Shown: in pieces, positions 15,057 through 27,584 of the stretch
Layout: each line of letters opens with the position of its first letter
Position numbering within the stretch: position 1 is the stretch's first letter
Assembly (NCBI GenBank): GCA_951406725.2
Contig: OX597817.1
Coordinates: 80,414,001 to 80,478,000 of the forward strand
Direction: 5' to 3'
Source of the DNA: Octopus vulgaris
Lineage: Eukaryota
Length of the DNA: 64,000 nt
Made by a program: the position numbers and the translations under genes
The notes under the pieces: generated by a model
Seen by the model: only the letters and a program-made list of their open reading frames with translations
What the model was told of the DNA's origin: nothing
The model's database searches: none

Positions 15057-16364
15057 TAACTTAATACGAGAATTCTTAATAACTTAATACAAGAATGACT
15101 GTAGATCCTAATATGGTACAATCGCATAAACAATGCACGATATATGTGGAGGAGAAATATGTCGCACCAACTTAAACAGATAAAAGTTCATTTAAAGGAA
15201 CGTTAGGCATTGATAAACGAAATGATAAACGTGCTAGATTAAACTTTTGCAGGAACCAACCTTGTGGCGCCTCTGCTCTTCTGAATTCAAAGACAAGTAT
15301 AAACGTGTTAAACATCTCTAATGTTGAGGCTGATTTCAACAACTGTGGTCTTATACAAAATATCAAGTCTGTATACAACGAAATGAATGACTACAAAAGG
15401 ACCACTGGTTGTAGGTTAGTTAATAGAATATGCCAAGCTTTTCGTTAAATAATTAACATTTAATTTTCTTTCTGTTTAAATCTTACATCACATCACTGAT
15501 GTCGGTTTTAACAAACAAGAGACATTACATTAACAAAATTAGTAAACCGTAGGAGAAAATGCGTTGTCGTATTAAGATAGATTCCTTTCCCTTCTGATTC
15601 TAACTACCGTTGTCGTTGATATAGCAAGCCATCCTACATAGAACGATAAAATAAATACAAATTTAGAATTGAGAGTAGAAGTAATTAACTATAACTTACC
15701 TCCAAAGGTTTGTGGCCTTGGAATTGTTTTCGAAATCACTATTTTTACTAATACACCGTGATAGGGGATGCGACAATAATTACAGAGTATAGGGCTAATG
15801 TTTTATTATACTAAATCCTCTCATAGTTTCAGTACAAATTTTGCTTTTGCTAAAGTCTTTAGGTCTACAGATTTTCATCACTTTGACGTAGATTCTTTTT
15901 TTAAAAAATTAGCTCTAACAGCAATGCCCTGAGATAATATTAATTATATTGATTACATAGCCCCTCTATTTTTTTTCAACTATTTATTGTGTTCTTCAAT
16001 AATAAATCATTATTTTACTAGGTGGGGGGATCAGTTCCATCAACTGTAACTGTAGCACTCGCCTTTAAAACAGCAAAAACGATGTTGGTCTTTGATCGAA
16101 TCAAATCTAAAATCAATATGAAGTGAAAGTTTAACTAAGTGAATCAATTCTGTCTAGACTAATGTCTTGTGTTGTGTCAGTTAATTCTACATCGTAAATA
16201 AATACATCACACGCAAATATATTGATGTAATACTCCAGAGAAAAACATTTATAATGTCGTGGTAGGTTTTAGCTGCCGTTTTAATTGTGTGCATTAGTTT
16301 TTCACAATTATTGTTGTTGTTTTTGTGTTCTTGTTGTTGTGTTCTTGTTTATGTTGTTATTAAC

Positions 16365-16520
16365 ACGGTGAGCTGGCAGAATCTTTAGAATGCCGTACAA
16401 AATGCTTAGCGTTATTTCGTCCGTTTACGTTCAGAGATCAAATTCTTGCCGAGTTCGGCTTTACTTTTTATTATTTCTAAGTCGATAAAATAGTACTAGT
16501 TGATCACTGGGGGTCGATTT
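16365..16520 (+). mobile_element. SINE family A (degenerate)
   Basis: cggtgagctggcagaatc...aaatgcttagcg...gtcgataaaatagtactagttgatcactggggtcgat. Confidence 0.75.
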
Positions 16521-16544
16521 TGACGATTAATATATTCGTATGAG

Positions 16545-17150
16545 GATAACACTGAGCACCCAGAGATGAGGTGTTCAATTGTCTCTCTGAATGCACCACA
16601 AAAGCAGTAGACAGCATCGGCACTATTTTTAAGAATACTTGCTTGGTAGTTTCTGGTTGACAGACACTAATCCTGAGCTGCTAAAATCAAGCCTTCTATT
16701 TCTGATTTAAGTCCAGATGCAGCCAATCATTGATGGATCATAACTGCATCAGTATCAAGCTCGCTACCCCTTGTTGGGTATTTGCAAGGCAATGCCTTAC
16801 TTTTCCATCTTTTTCTGCGATTTCGTTCTTTTTGGCTTGTGCTTAAACTGTTTCGCTATCACACCGGATTCTTCTGTTTCATCTTGTTGCACCTCAGTTT
16901 CGGTGATCATTAACTCTATTACATTTGCTTCTTCTAATGCCAACATGCTTTGGTATTTTTATATTAGCAAACATGATTTAGCATTCAGTTGCTTGTGCTT
17001 TTTTAGATAGGTGTCTAGCCCTATAGCTGCTGTCTTTAGAGATAGTTTCAGCTGCATTAGTTCACATCCTAATTCATTTCATGAGCTCTATAGTTTATCT
17101 ACATCTGTCTTTCTGTGATGCTTGCGGTGCATTGTGCGAAGATTACGTTT
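16545..17150 (-). mobile_element. Decayed R4/Dong-clade non-LTR retrotransposon fragment (post-RT linker and zinc knuckle)
   Basis: Minus strand: MHRKHHRKTDVDKL...KTAAIGLDTYL...KYPTR...HQ*LAASGLKSEIEGLILAAQD*CLSTRNYQASILKN...ETIEHLISGCSVL. Confidence 0.8.
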
Positions 17151-17159
17151 TTTTTCTGC

Positions 17160-17545
17160 CTTTAACCCTCCAACGCGGAGTATAGGCCACTTATAGTTGA
17201 ATTCCATGTCGCATATTTCGTTTCTGTACTTATACTCTGCTATAAATGTCCCCCTTTCTCAAGTTCCTTTTGTGTTGATCTACGTCACGAGTTCTTAGGC
17301 CTAACTTTTTTTCTATATCCATCAAGATTCCACTGTAAAGCACTTTTTGCTATGTATATTTGTATCAAATTTACTTATCTCACTCTTTGATTATTTTATG
17401 TTAAATCTGTGTGTTACAACAGGTATACCTTAAGTATTGATTGCATCAATCCTGTTTTTCGAATTAAGATATCATTTTAGGGTCAATTCCTTGATGTTGG
17501 TAGATCTGTCTCCCTATATGTTGTTCGTTTTCAAAAGATTTACCT
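17160..17545 (-). mobile_element. Decayed RTE-type LINE 3' end
   Basis: Minus strand IAKSALQWNLDGYRKKVRPKNS*RRSTQKELEK...WNSTISGLYS resembles the RTE C-terminus (ALxWnPxGxRKRGRPKxTW). Confidence 0.65.
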
Positions 17546-17557
17546 TGAAGAACGTAA

Positions 17558-17558
17558 C

Positions 17559-17640
<82 letters not shown>
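17558..17640. repeat. (TTA)n microsatellite, tail or target of the adjacent R4/Dong element
   Basis: Pure TTA run. Confidence 0.95.
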
Positions 17641-18420
17641 CATTTGATGAAAACTCACGGCTCATTTTGCTGGATATAATGGAGTATGTCAGCTGTCCAC
17701 AGACAGCAGACTAAGGTGACTACTGGCCACGTGTCAAGGACTCCGCGAAGAATTCTTGCAGTTCCAACCAATGCTGATTTTTGTAGATGTTCTAACATTT
17801 ACATTTGTACGATTCTTTTTAAGCCATGTTGGTAGTTGAGCGCTGATACTTCCAAGTGCACCAATTGCCATTGGTATCATGTCTACTCTCCTCATTGACC
17901 ATAACTTTCGTATTTCCCACTTTGATCTTGTGGTCACCGGGACATGCTATGTCGATTATCATGCATGCTCCTTCATTGTTATTCGGCACAATGTCCGATT
18001 TCCGATGTCTGGTCAGGAGATCGCAGTGACTCATTGCACCCCACAGGATGTTGCAATTTTTCTATTCTCGGTGACTTCTTCTGGGGTTTGCTCATATCAA
18101 GTCTTCCACAGAGCTTCCAATGGATCATTTTTTTTCCACAATGTAATGTCGTCTTTTGTATTCGCGTTGTGTCTATTTCGAACTTTCACTAATATGTGCC
18201 GTACCGTTTCATCCTTCTCACCACTCATTCTGCATTTGTCGGTCTCGGTAGTGTCGTCGATTCTGCACTTCACATAGCTAGTCCCTTACGTTTGTTCTTG
18301 ATCTTCCGCCTCTATCTTCAAGTCACTCTTCCTCATCCATAGCCACCGGTCTTCTGTATCTGACTTGGCGTTTGTATCTCTTGTAAACTAACCGTACCTA
18401 TTTTCTCCTTCCATGCTGCT
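17641..18420 (-). mobile_element. R4/Dong-clade LINE 3' portion (zinc knuckle, restriction-like endonuclease, 3' UTR)
   Basis: Minus strand CRMSGEKDETVRHISE...RRH...HCDLLTRHRKSDIV...CMIIDIACPGD...KWEIRKLWSMRRVDMIPMAIGALGSI...HLQKSALVGTARILR. Its 3' end abuts (TAA)n. Confidence 0.9.
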
Positions 18421-18699
18421 TCTTTTTTGTGCTCTTCTTCTCTTTAGGTTTTTCTTTCTTAACACAATTATCAGTTTTAATGACGTCGGCCTTTTTCGCG
18501 CTTCAACAATGGTTCCACGGTATTTCTTACATACTACCCTAAGCTATTTTCCTCTGCTTCGATGCAATCCAGGCAACTTATCAACCCTCTCCCACCCTTT
18601 TTTCTTATCATTTTATTATTATCATTTTTTAAATTTTCAATCTGCATGTCTGTCACAGTCACTTGCCGCGGCACACCCAGTGTCCTGAGACGAGTGAAG

Positions 18700-19750
18700 G
18701 ATAGGAGATGATACAGTATGTTTGAAAGTTTGGAGAGGAGAAGTAGCGAAATATCTTCATGTAATACAACACAGACATTTAAATGGATAGGGTTTATCTA
18801 AGGATGTGGGAAATACTTGTCAGTACAATATTTTGTATTAAGTAAGACATGGGCCTACAATAACAGGAGCAGTTCTCGTTTTAAGCAGTCACATCTTTTG
18901 TTTTTCAATTTCCAGCTCTTTATATTTATTTAGTTTGTGAAATTCCTTGACACATATATTTTTATTAGTGAGAACACTTACATCTATTAATCTACAACTA
19001 TTTTCTTCCATGTCTTTAATAATTATGCCTGGTCAATTAGCCCGGATCGAGGATAGTGAGATTTTTACCTTCAACAACCGACTCAGGATGATGTTAGTAC
19101 CAGTAAGCAGGAGTGCTGATTTTGTAGTTTTTACATATTTTCCTGTGTAAATACCGTCCTACCCTATCAGTCATACATCGTCATCGATGGGAGAATCCAT
19201 CATGAGCTGGCAGAAACGTTAGCACGCCGGGTGAAATGCGTAGCAGTATTTTGTCTGTCGTTACGTTCCGAGTTCAAATTCCGCTGAGGTCAACTTTGCC
19301 TTTCATCCTATCTGGGTCGATAAATTAAGTACCAGTTACGCACTAGGGTCGATGTAATCAACTTAATCTCTTTGTCTGTCCTTGTTTGTCCCCTCTGTGT
19401 TTAGCCCCTTGTGGGTAGTAAAGAAATATATATATATACATGTGAGGGCGGGGGTAAAGAAAGAAAATGAACATAGAAGTGACTAACAGTGCTCCAGGTC
19501 AAAAGATTAAGCTACAACGCCGCCAAACAACTATATGTCTGAGGTCAAGAAGGACATACTACCAACTAATTTTTAAAAGTTACAGTTGAATGACGTTAGT
19601 AATCAGGCCACATAAAGACAATGGCCATTTTGACACTGCAAGAAATAAACAATGTTGTGTGTCCTTATAAGGCCAAAATGCCTCTTCTACAATGTTATTG
19701 ATTCAATTTCTACATAGTCCAAGAGGATGTCATTTGGCATATAAATGGAC
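18700..19750 (-). mobile_element. Highly decayed Penelope-like RT remnant, interrupted by a SINE
   Basis: Minus-strand pieces SVKMA..LITNVI..FKN*LVVCPS..PQTY (compare GVAMGSPL..LANIF..FE...CP..KP..Y.RYVDD) and DDV*LI..DGIYTGKYVKTTKSALLL (compare FLDV..T.VYRKPT.SGLLL). Confidence 0.45.
19203..19427 (+). mobile_element. SINE family A, long-tail subfamily
   Basis: tgagctggcagaaacgttagcacgccggg...gtttgtcccctctgtgtttagccccttgtgggtagtaaagaaata. Confidence 0.9.
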
Positions 19751-19857
19751 TTCGGAATATAATTTATACATACTTAAATTTATAATAGTATACACACGCC
19801 TGCTCCCACACACATATCTTTATCTATATCAATCTATCTATCTATACATATATATGT

Positions 19858-19894
<37 letters not shown>

Positions 19895-19905
19895 CGTACA
19901 GATGT

Positions 19906-19948
<43 letters not shown>

Positions 19949-19993
19949 TATATATGTATATATACATACACACACTCATATATATATACATAC

Positions 19994-20029
<36 letters not shown>

Positions 20030-20211
20030 GTATGTATACATATGTATATATATATATATACACATACATACACACATATATATAAATATATATAAACATA
20101 CATACACATATATATATATGTATATATATACTTATTTGCACACGTGTGTATCAATATCTATGCATATATAAATATATATTAAAGTATTATTAAATATCAA
20201 TAAGTATATTT

Positions 20212-20395
20212 ATACAAAATGGGACAAAAACGCAAAACATCCGGACAACTAAATGATACAAAAGGGACAACAAACCATCCAGATAGACGATACAAAATGA
20301 CCCGTCCGTGTCTTTTGTATCGTTTATCTGGATGGTTTGTCGTCCCTTTTGTATCACCTAGTTGTCCGGATGTTTTGCGTTCTTGTTCCATTTTG

Positions 20396-20398
<3 letters not shown>
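20212..20398. repeat. Long inverted repeat (86-bp arms, 15-nt spacer)
   Basis: 20212-20297 versus the reverse complement of 20313-20398: 80/86 identical by manual alignment. Confidence 0.95.
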
Positions 20399-20450
<52 letters not shown>

Positions 20451-20804
20451 TATATTGTGTGTTGTGAATATATACACATATGTATATGTGATCACGTGAC
20501 CGACCAGTCTATCAGATACAGCTACACACCGCTGGTCACAACGCGTTCGCATTGTTTTAGCCTTCGAATGACGTCACCCCGCTGGCCAAGCGAGCAGGCC
20601 ACATATGTATATGTATACTATATATATGTATATATATATATATATATGTATATGTATATATTTATATGTATATATATATATGTACATATGTATATATGTG
20701 TATATATGTGTATATATATATATATGTATGTATATATGTGTATATATGTGTATATATATGTATATATGTGTATATATGTATATATATATCTATATCTATC
20801 TATG

Positions 20805-20839
<35 letters not shown>

Positions 20840-20913
20840 ATATATATATATATATATATGTGCATACATAATATTTAGGTATATCTATGTATGTATCCAT
20901 GCATGTTTGTATG

Positions 20914-20968
<55 letters not shown>

Positions 20969-21331
20969 GTGTATGTATATGCGTTACTGGTATCTCATTG
21001 TGAAAATGTTTGTTTTCTGAATAATTCCGTCTTCAGTGTAGAACTTTTATTGATGACACTTGCTTTTACTGTCGTCTTCTTTGTTTTATGTTTTAATTGT
21101 ATTATTTTTGTTTTCATGGTTTCATACAATATTTTCATGGTTCATTGACTTCTGCCCTCTCAGACAAGAATAACAGTTGATAATCATGTTGTGCATAGAC
21201 ACCAAACACACACGGACACACGGACACACGGACACACGGACACACACACATATATATTTACATTTATACACATATATATATATATATACATACTCCACAG
21301 ACACACATCCACACACACACACATATATATA

Positions 21332-21379
<48 letters not shown>

Positions 21380-22034
21380 TATATATTTTTATATATTTTT
21401 ATGTTTTGTATGTGGTTGCTCTGTGTCTTTGTCGCCTCAGTCAGCAGTAGTAGTAGCAGTAGTAGCACTTGTTGTTGTTCTTGTTGTCGTTCAATACAAG
21501 TGCCTATCTTCCCAATTATCAAAATTTCACTTTAAACAATCAATAATTGGAAATAAATTTTCTTTGTCACACTCCTCATCGTTTTTTTTTAATTTTCATT
21601 TTTGCCTTTATGTATGTGGGTTGGCTTGATGTGTAAATGTTTGGGGTTATGTATGTTTTTCACTGGAATTACCGCTCTTATCTGCTTTTTTGTATACTTT
21701 TTTACTTTTCCTGTGTCTCCCTTTATTCCCTTGCCTGCGTGTTCTACCTCGTTCCTTTCTGTCTGGCCTCATTCTATTGTTCATTCGTTATTTTTTTTCT
21801 CATTGTTATTTTTTCTGTCACATTTGTTGCGTTTTTCTTTCTTTTTTTTTTGTTCACGGTGTCTTTTAAAATATTAACATCGTTGTTTTCTTTCCCTCTC
21901 CCTCACTCCCCATATACATTATATTTATATTTCTTCAAATATTTATCAATTCATTTATCTACTTTGGCTGTCTGTCAGTAAATTTATGAACTTTATATAA
22001 GGATATATGTACGTTTACATACATACATTCTTAC

Positions 22035-22093
<59 letters not shown>

Positions 22094-22095
22094 CA

Positions 22096-22156
<61 letters not shown>

Positions 22157-22203
22157 TAGATATACATATACATATATATATATATACATGTATATATATA
22201 TAC

Positions 22204-22250
<47 letters not shown>

Positions 22251-22389
22251 TAGTATATATATATAAATTTATATATTTATTTATGTAAATATAGTATACA
22301 TATATGTATATAAGTACATATATATATATATATATATACACATACATACATATAAGTATTAAAATGAAAAAAATAGCAAGGTACATAAT

Positions 22390-23700
22390 TTAGTAAACAC
22401 CCTTTGTTTTCTATAAAACTCATTATCAAAAGTAATTATCTCTTGAATCTTAATGAAAGATGACCATCTTTTACCCTTCATTTGTTGAACTTTTTTAACC
22501 TCATATTTTCTTTTTTTAATTTTTGTATTCTTCTTGTATATTTGTATATACGTATCCGCTTGATTTTTGTGTTTAATTCTAAATTTGAATATCTAAAGTA
22601 GTTTATCCATTTTTTCCAGTGATAGTTTGATTTTGTGTGACTCTTTTTTTGTTTATAGTTGGATTCGATATTTGTGGTCTTTTTTATGTTGTTTACTTTG
22701 GAATAGAACATTAGTTACATTAGATGAAATTTTGTTTACCAATAAATAAATGTTACTGTTTTTGTTTGCTTTCTCGTCGTTTTTTGTGGGTGGTGGGATT
22801 TTATGTCACTTTTGTTTGTTAGGTTTATATGTTTTACATTTTAAACGCTTATATCTTCCCTTTTCATAAAAAGTATATGTCATCCGACATAAAACATTTT
22901 TCTTCAGTTTTTTTCTGAATACTTGCCTTTTTTTACCCTTTTTATAAAATTAAATATCCATAATTAATCTAGAAACGACTATTTTGATTTCGTTCTTTTG
23001 GTAACATAAATTTTCTTATAGTAATTCAAATCATTTCTTAGATTCTAATCACAGTTTTTTCACCCTTTTTTTTCCCTCATGATTGTTTAGTCAAAAATAC
23101 CCAGATTTAATATTCTTGACTACGATTTCAATAGGATTGAAGCTGACGAAACGATAATCTCAAATAGAAAACAGTGGCACATGAGATAGATGAAGGATAC
23201 TGTTATCATCTACTTAACTTTAAAAGCGTTATCACACTGGCCTCATAAGATATGGAAAGTCTTAAATCGCGCCCTGTACTCCTTTACATAGATACAATTC
23301 CTTTTCACCAACTCACAACAATGCAGAAAATCCAACACTGATAAAATGCACCAACCACAGGGTTGTAAATTGGTTCCTGAGAAAACTTTGTTATGTACTT
23401 AATGCTAGACAGTTGTTCGTATCCCGTATAAATTAATAGGCCAAAACGTTTTTGGAATTTTATTCATTCTTATCGTAAAAACTAAAATAATATTAATCAT
23501 CAATATTGTTTGTTTAATTATTATTTGAATTTTGTCAATATATTTATCATGTATATCTAATTTGTTTTAGCTTTCTGTTTATTCATATATTAAATATGTT
23601 ATCGTTAACGCACCGTTTAATAGTCATGCGATTGGTATCTTTAATTATTTAAATTGTAAACAATTCTATTATCCTAAGCTAAGGAATAAACTATCTCATA
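22390..23700 (-). mobile_element. Possible highly decayed Penelope-like ORF
   Basis: A-rich minus strand ending ..YFRYSNLELNTK...[16 protein letters not shown], loosely like PLE endonuclease C-termini. A degenerate hammerhead lies downstream at 21008-21040. Confidence 0.3.
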
Positions 23701-23926
23701 TGTAACCATAATTCATTCATCAGCTTCCATCAAGTATGATGAAAATAACGCTTCGTTGAAGAGGTCAGAATAAAAGCTAAACGTATCTGGAGTTGTCTTC
23801 CATGACTTCCAAAACGTACAAGGAAGTCTACTCAAGGAATAATATTGCTTGTGCAATTTTTTGCACTGCATATTTGTTTCTGCTAAAATTTTAGATACTA
23901 AAAGCGTTAATCGTAACATATATATA

Positions 23927-24349
23927 TATACGAAGCCCAATATACCCATTATGACTACCGTCTGATAAGGGTACATGAGGTACATGCATCACAACCATAT
24001 GAGCGCTACATTGTCATCTTATATCAAGATAAACAGTGCATGACCTTGCAGGTGGGGCTCAGTTAGAATTTTCTTCAGGTCGAGTAGCCCATCTTGTTTA
24101 AAAGGTGTCTGAATAAGGCTTGTTTAAGATGTTGAATGAAACACCCATGTTTCCAAAGGTGAATTATACAAGTCCCTACGAATCCCTCTCAACTCATGGC
24201 TATGACGCTCCCCAACTACTTCTGCTCGTGATTAGAGATGCACATATCGTCAGCCACTAAGAGATATGCTCAACTGGTTATGGTCAAACAACTGCCAAGC
24301 AAATCTGTGGTATTGAGCAGAAGATTTGCTGTAGCCCATCTTTTATACC

Positions 24350-24350
<1 letters not shown>
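23927..24350 (-). mobile_element. Interspersed repeat, probably a non-LTR retrotransposon UTR fragment
   Basis: Higher-complexity block sharply bounded by (TA)n and (TAA)n; resembles a recalled octopus repeat. Family and strand unverified. Confidence 0.45.
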
Positions 24351-24392
<42 letters not shown>

Positions 24393-24412
24393 TATTATTA
24401 TTATTATTATTA

Positions 24413-24465
<53 letters not shown>

Positions 24466-24473
24466 GCTACTAT

Positions 24474-24529
<56 letters not shown>

Positions 24530-24560
24530 TTACTACTGTTACTACTATTATTATTATTAT
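24351..24560. repeat. Compound (TAA)n-(TTA)n-(CTA)n microsatellite
   Basis: Directly visible. Confidence 0.95.
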
Positions 24561-24599
24561 GAATTACCAATTGGTTTCTTACAAAATTTGATAATCAAC

Positions 24600-25130
24600 T
24601 CCGGCCAAGGACATCTTAATCCATGAGCACACTGGGCAGTTGGACTAAAGTTTCACTGGTCTAAGGGCCCTATGTATGCTTTGGCTTATTTTCAATTTTT
24701 AAAAAATGTTATTGTGGCCAGATTATTGATTTACCCCTGATACCGACAGTCGTCAGAAAGTGTATAAAAGAATAAGTATCTAATCTAGACTCACCTTGTA
24801 AGCCCAGCAAACATTGAGGTTGCAATTCCAGGTTCTGCAGTGGTCTTACTAGATTTCGTTTACATTGCTTTAAGAGTATTGCTGGGAATTCATCAGGACA
24901 TGCGGTTGAGTTTAAACTCTTGCATCAATGGCTGACATTACAGCTTCCTCTGTTTCGATGAAACCAATAATTGCCATCTCTTTATGTTGAGCTGTAGAGC
25001 CAAAGGACTGATCAGATATAGCTATTTGCAAGTGTTCCAGCAGAGTTGAGAAAACTATTTTGAATTGCACATTCACTTTTGTATAGCACATCTCGATTAT
25101 CTCCTACGGGTCTGTAGCCTGTGAACCATT
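24600..25130 (-). mobile_element. Decayed CR1/L2-group LINE RT fragment
   Basis: Minus strand EEAVMSAID..SLNSTACPDEFPAILLKQCKRNLVRPLQNL matches the RT N-terminal S.GPD..P...LK motif. Confidence 0.7.
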
Positions 25131-25318
25131 TTAGTCAAACTGGCTTTATTTTGTATCGTACTGAAGCAGACGCATTTGCAGATGTATAGAAGGCATTAGA
25201 GTTTATTTTTACTTTTTTTTACAGTTCTGGCTCTTTTCTCTGCCTTCTCCTTTTCATGGGAGTGTTTGAGTTCACTCTTAAGCAATGTTTATCTGAGATA
25301 TGATTCTTTGCTATCCTT

Positions 25319-25376
<58 letters not shown>

Positions 25377-25509
25377 GATAGATAGATAGATAGATAGATA
25401 TAGATATAGATACATATACATATATACATATATACATACATTCGTGTGTGTGTATTTTAGATATATGTGTGTAGATGTGAAAAATATACGTGGAATGAAT
25501 GTATGTATT

Positions 25510-25549
<40 letters not shown>

Positions 25550-26411
25550 AAAATATATATGTAAATACATATATATATATATGCATGCATATATATGTAA
25601 ATATATATATATATATATATGCATGCATATATATGTAAATATATATATATACATATATATATATACTCTCACATATACACATTACATACAACCACACACT
25701 CAAACACACACACACACAGAAATACATAAGCACACACATGCACACACACACATACACACACACCAGCACGCACACACACGCACACACATGTACATTAATT
25801 TTTTATGTTGCCTCGTGAGGAAATTATATAGATATTCAATATTCAACATGTCAAATGCTGAGCAAACAGCGGGTTACAAGAAAAATTAAATCTGTTACAT
25901 GAAAAATGATCTACCAAACAAAATACATTTACACAGATTGGTTAATAGCAACACAATTTATTTGAAATCTTGTCGGCCATGACAGCTGTGCAAAATACAT
26001 TGAATTACTGACCACATGTATAGATAAATACACTCACTCATACATAGGTACATGGAAGTATGTAACAAAGTAATTTGTGTAGTATATTGATGACTGTAGA
26101 ACTAGTTAGTAATGCAAAATATATTTAAATTCTGTTTGCTTATGTAGAAAATCAGTTATGGGTTAATATGGGTCAAATATTTCTTTCAAATATGTTATGC
26201 ATTTGGAGAGAGATAAATATCACACCTTCCCGAAACGTGTCACTGCCGTTTGGTCGAAACGAGAGAACGATGAACAGAAAATGAAAGAATGAGGAAAATA
26301 ATACCAAAGAAAAATAAAAGAACTTTAAATGAAACCTGTGCAGGAAAGAATCAACAGGGAATAAACGCTTTAAAAATCAATAAAAATCAACAATCTGAAA
26401 TTATAGGTAGA

Positions 26412-26722
26412 CTAGCTATTAAGACCCGTGCTTCGCTCGTGTTTTGGTGGTGGAGTTGTTTTGTGCGTGTTGTCTCCTTTTCCCTTTCTTCTTTTGTTCG
26501 TCTTCTTTGCCTTTCCCATATTCCTCACCATGGCAACCAAATGGTAGCCCGCAGCGACTTGCAACCCTCCTCATACCATTGCCCACCCCATTTAAATCCC
26601 AGTGTAAATTTCGGCGCCAATCCGACACCACCTTCCGCCACTTAAACCGTTCCCATCCCAAAACGAGACGAATAACCAAGAAATCAAACAACTTTTTCGC
26701 ATTTCAGCTTTACAGATATTGA
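26412..26722 (-). mobile_element. Non-autonomous Helitron
   Basis: Minus strand begins a|TCaatatctgtaaag and ends with an imperfect hairpin (acgagcgaagcacgggt) then CTAG|t. Confidence 0.7.
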
Positions 26723-26727
26723 TATTT

Positions 26728-26870
26728 ACCGTGGTCTAATGGTTAGCATGATTGTCTCACGATCATAACGACGTGGATGCAATTCCTATACCGGCATTAG
26801 ATTGTGTACTTCAGCAAAGCTCTTCATATCACGTTGTTCCAATCTACTAAGATACATCTAATGGAAACGA
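26728..26870 (+). mobile_element. Degenerate tRNA-derived SINE head (family D)
   Basis: ccgtggtctaatggttagc (A box)...gatgcaattcc (degenerate B box)...tcacgttgttccaatctact. Confidence 0.55.
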
Positions 26871-27383
26871 GTATTAGGGACTATGCAGGCAACTTAAACA
26901 ATTAGCGAAAACATGTTATGTAAAGTCCTATTTGCTCATAACGGATTGTTGACTACAAATACAGCGACCTTCTGTAGTTTGTGGTGTGGAGATAAGAGAT
27001 TGAAGTTTAGTTTTACAAGCATTCGATGGAGAGGAAAATATGGAAATATATAAGCAGAAGAGAAATTAGCTGTTATAAACTCTAATACAAATACCTACAA
27101 AATTTTAATATATGAAAATACTTATTGATCACATATTCAAAAAGAAACTTTCATATTGACCTATTTTAAAGTTACATGAAACGCATAAAAATAAACTTAC
27201 ACATGCGCGCGTTTATACACACACACTTGTACATAGATATATATATTTAAGATAGCAGACATAATGGTGTGGGTAGCAAGCTCGATTTCCAGCCATGAGA
27301 TTTTACATTCGATTCCTCCGCCTGCAATCCTCATCAAGTATCTTCTACTAGAGAAGCACATTTCAGATATTACACGCATATTT

Positions 27384-27443
<60 letters not shown>

Positions 27444-27493
27444 CATACATACATACATACATACATACATACATACATACATACATCCATACA

Positions 27494-27527
<34 letters not shown>

Positions 27528-27529
27528 AA

Positions 27530-27584
<55 letters not shown>

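Noticed and set aside
24040-24110. Possible HDV-like ribozyme in the repeat block
   Set aside because: I could not build the nested double pseudoknot by eye.
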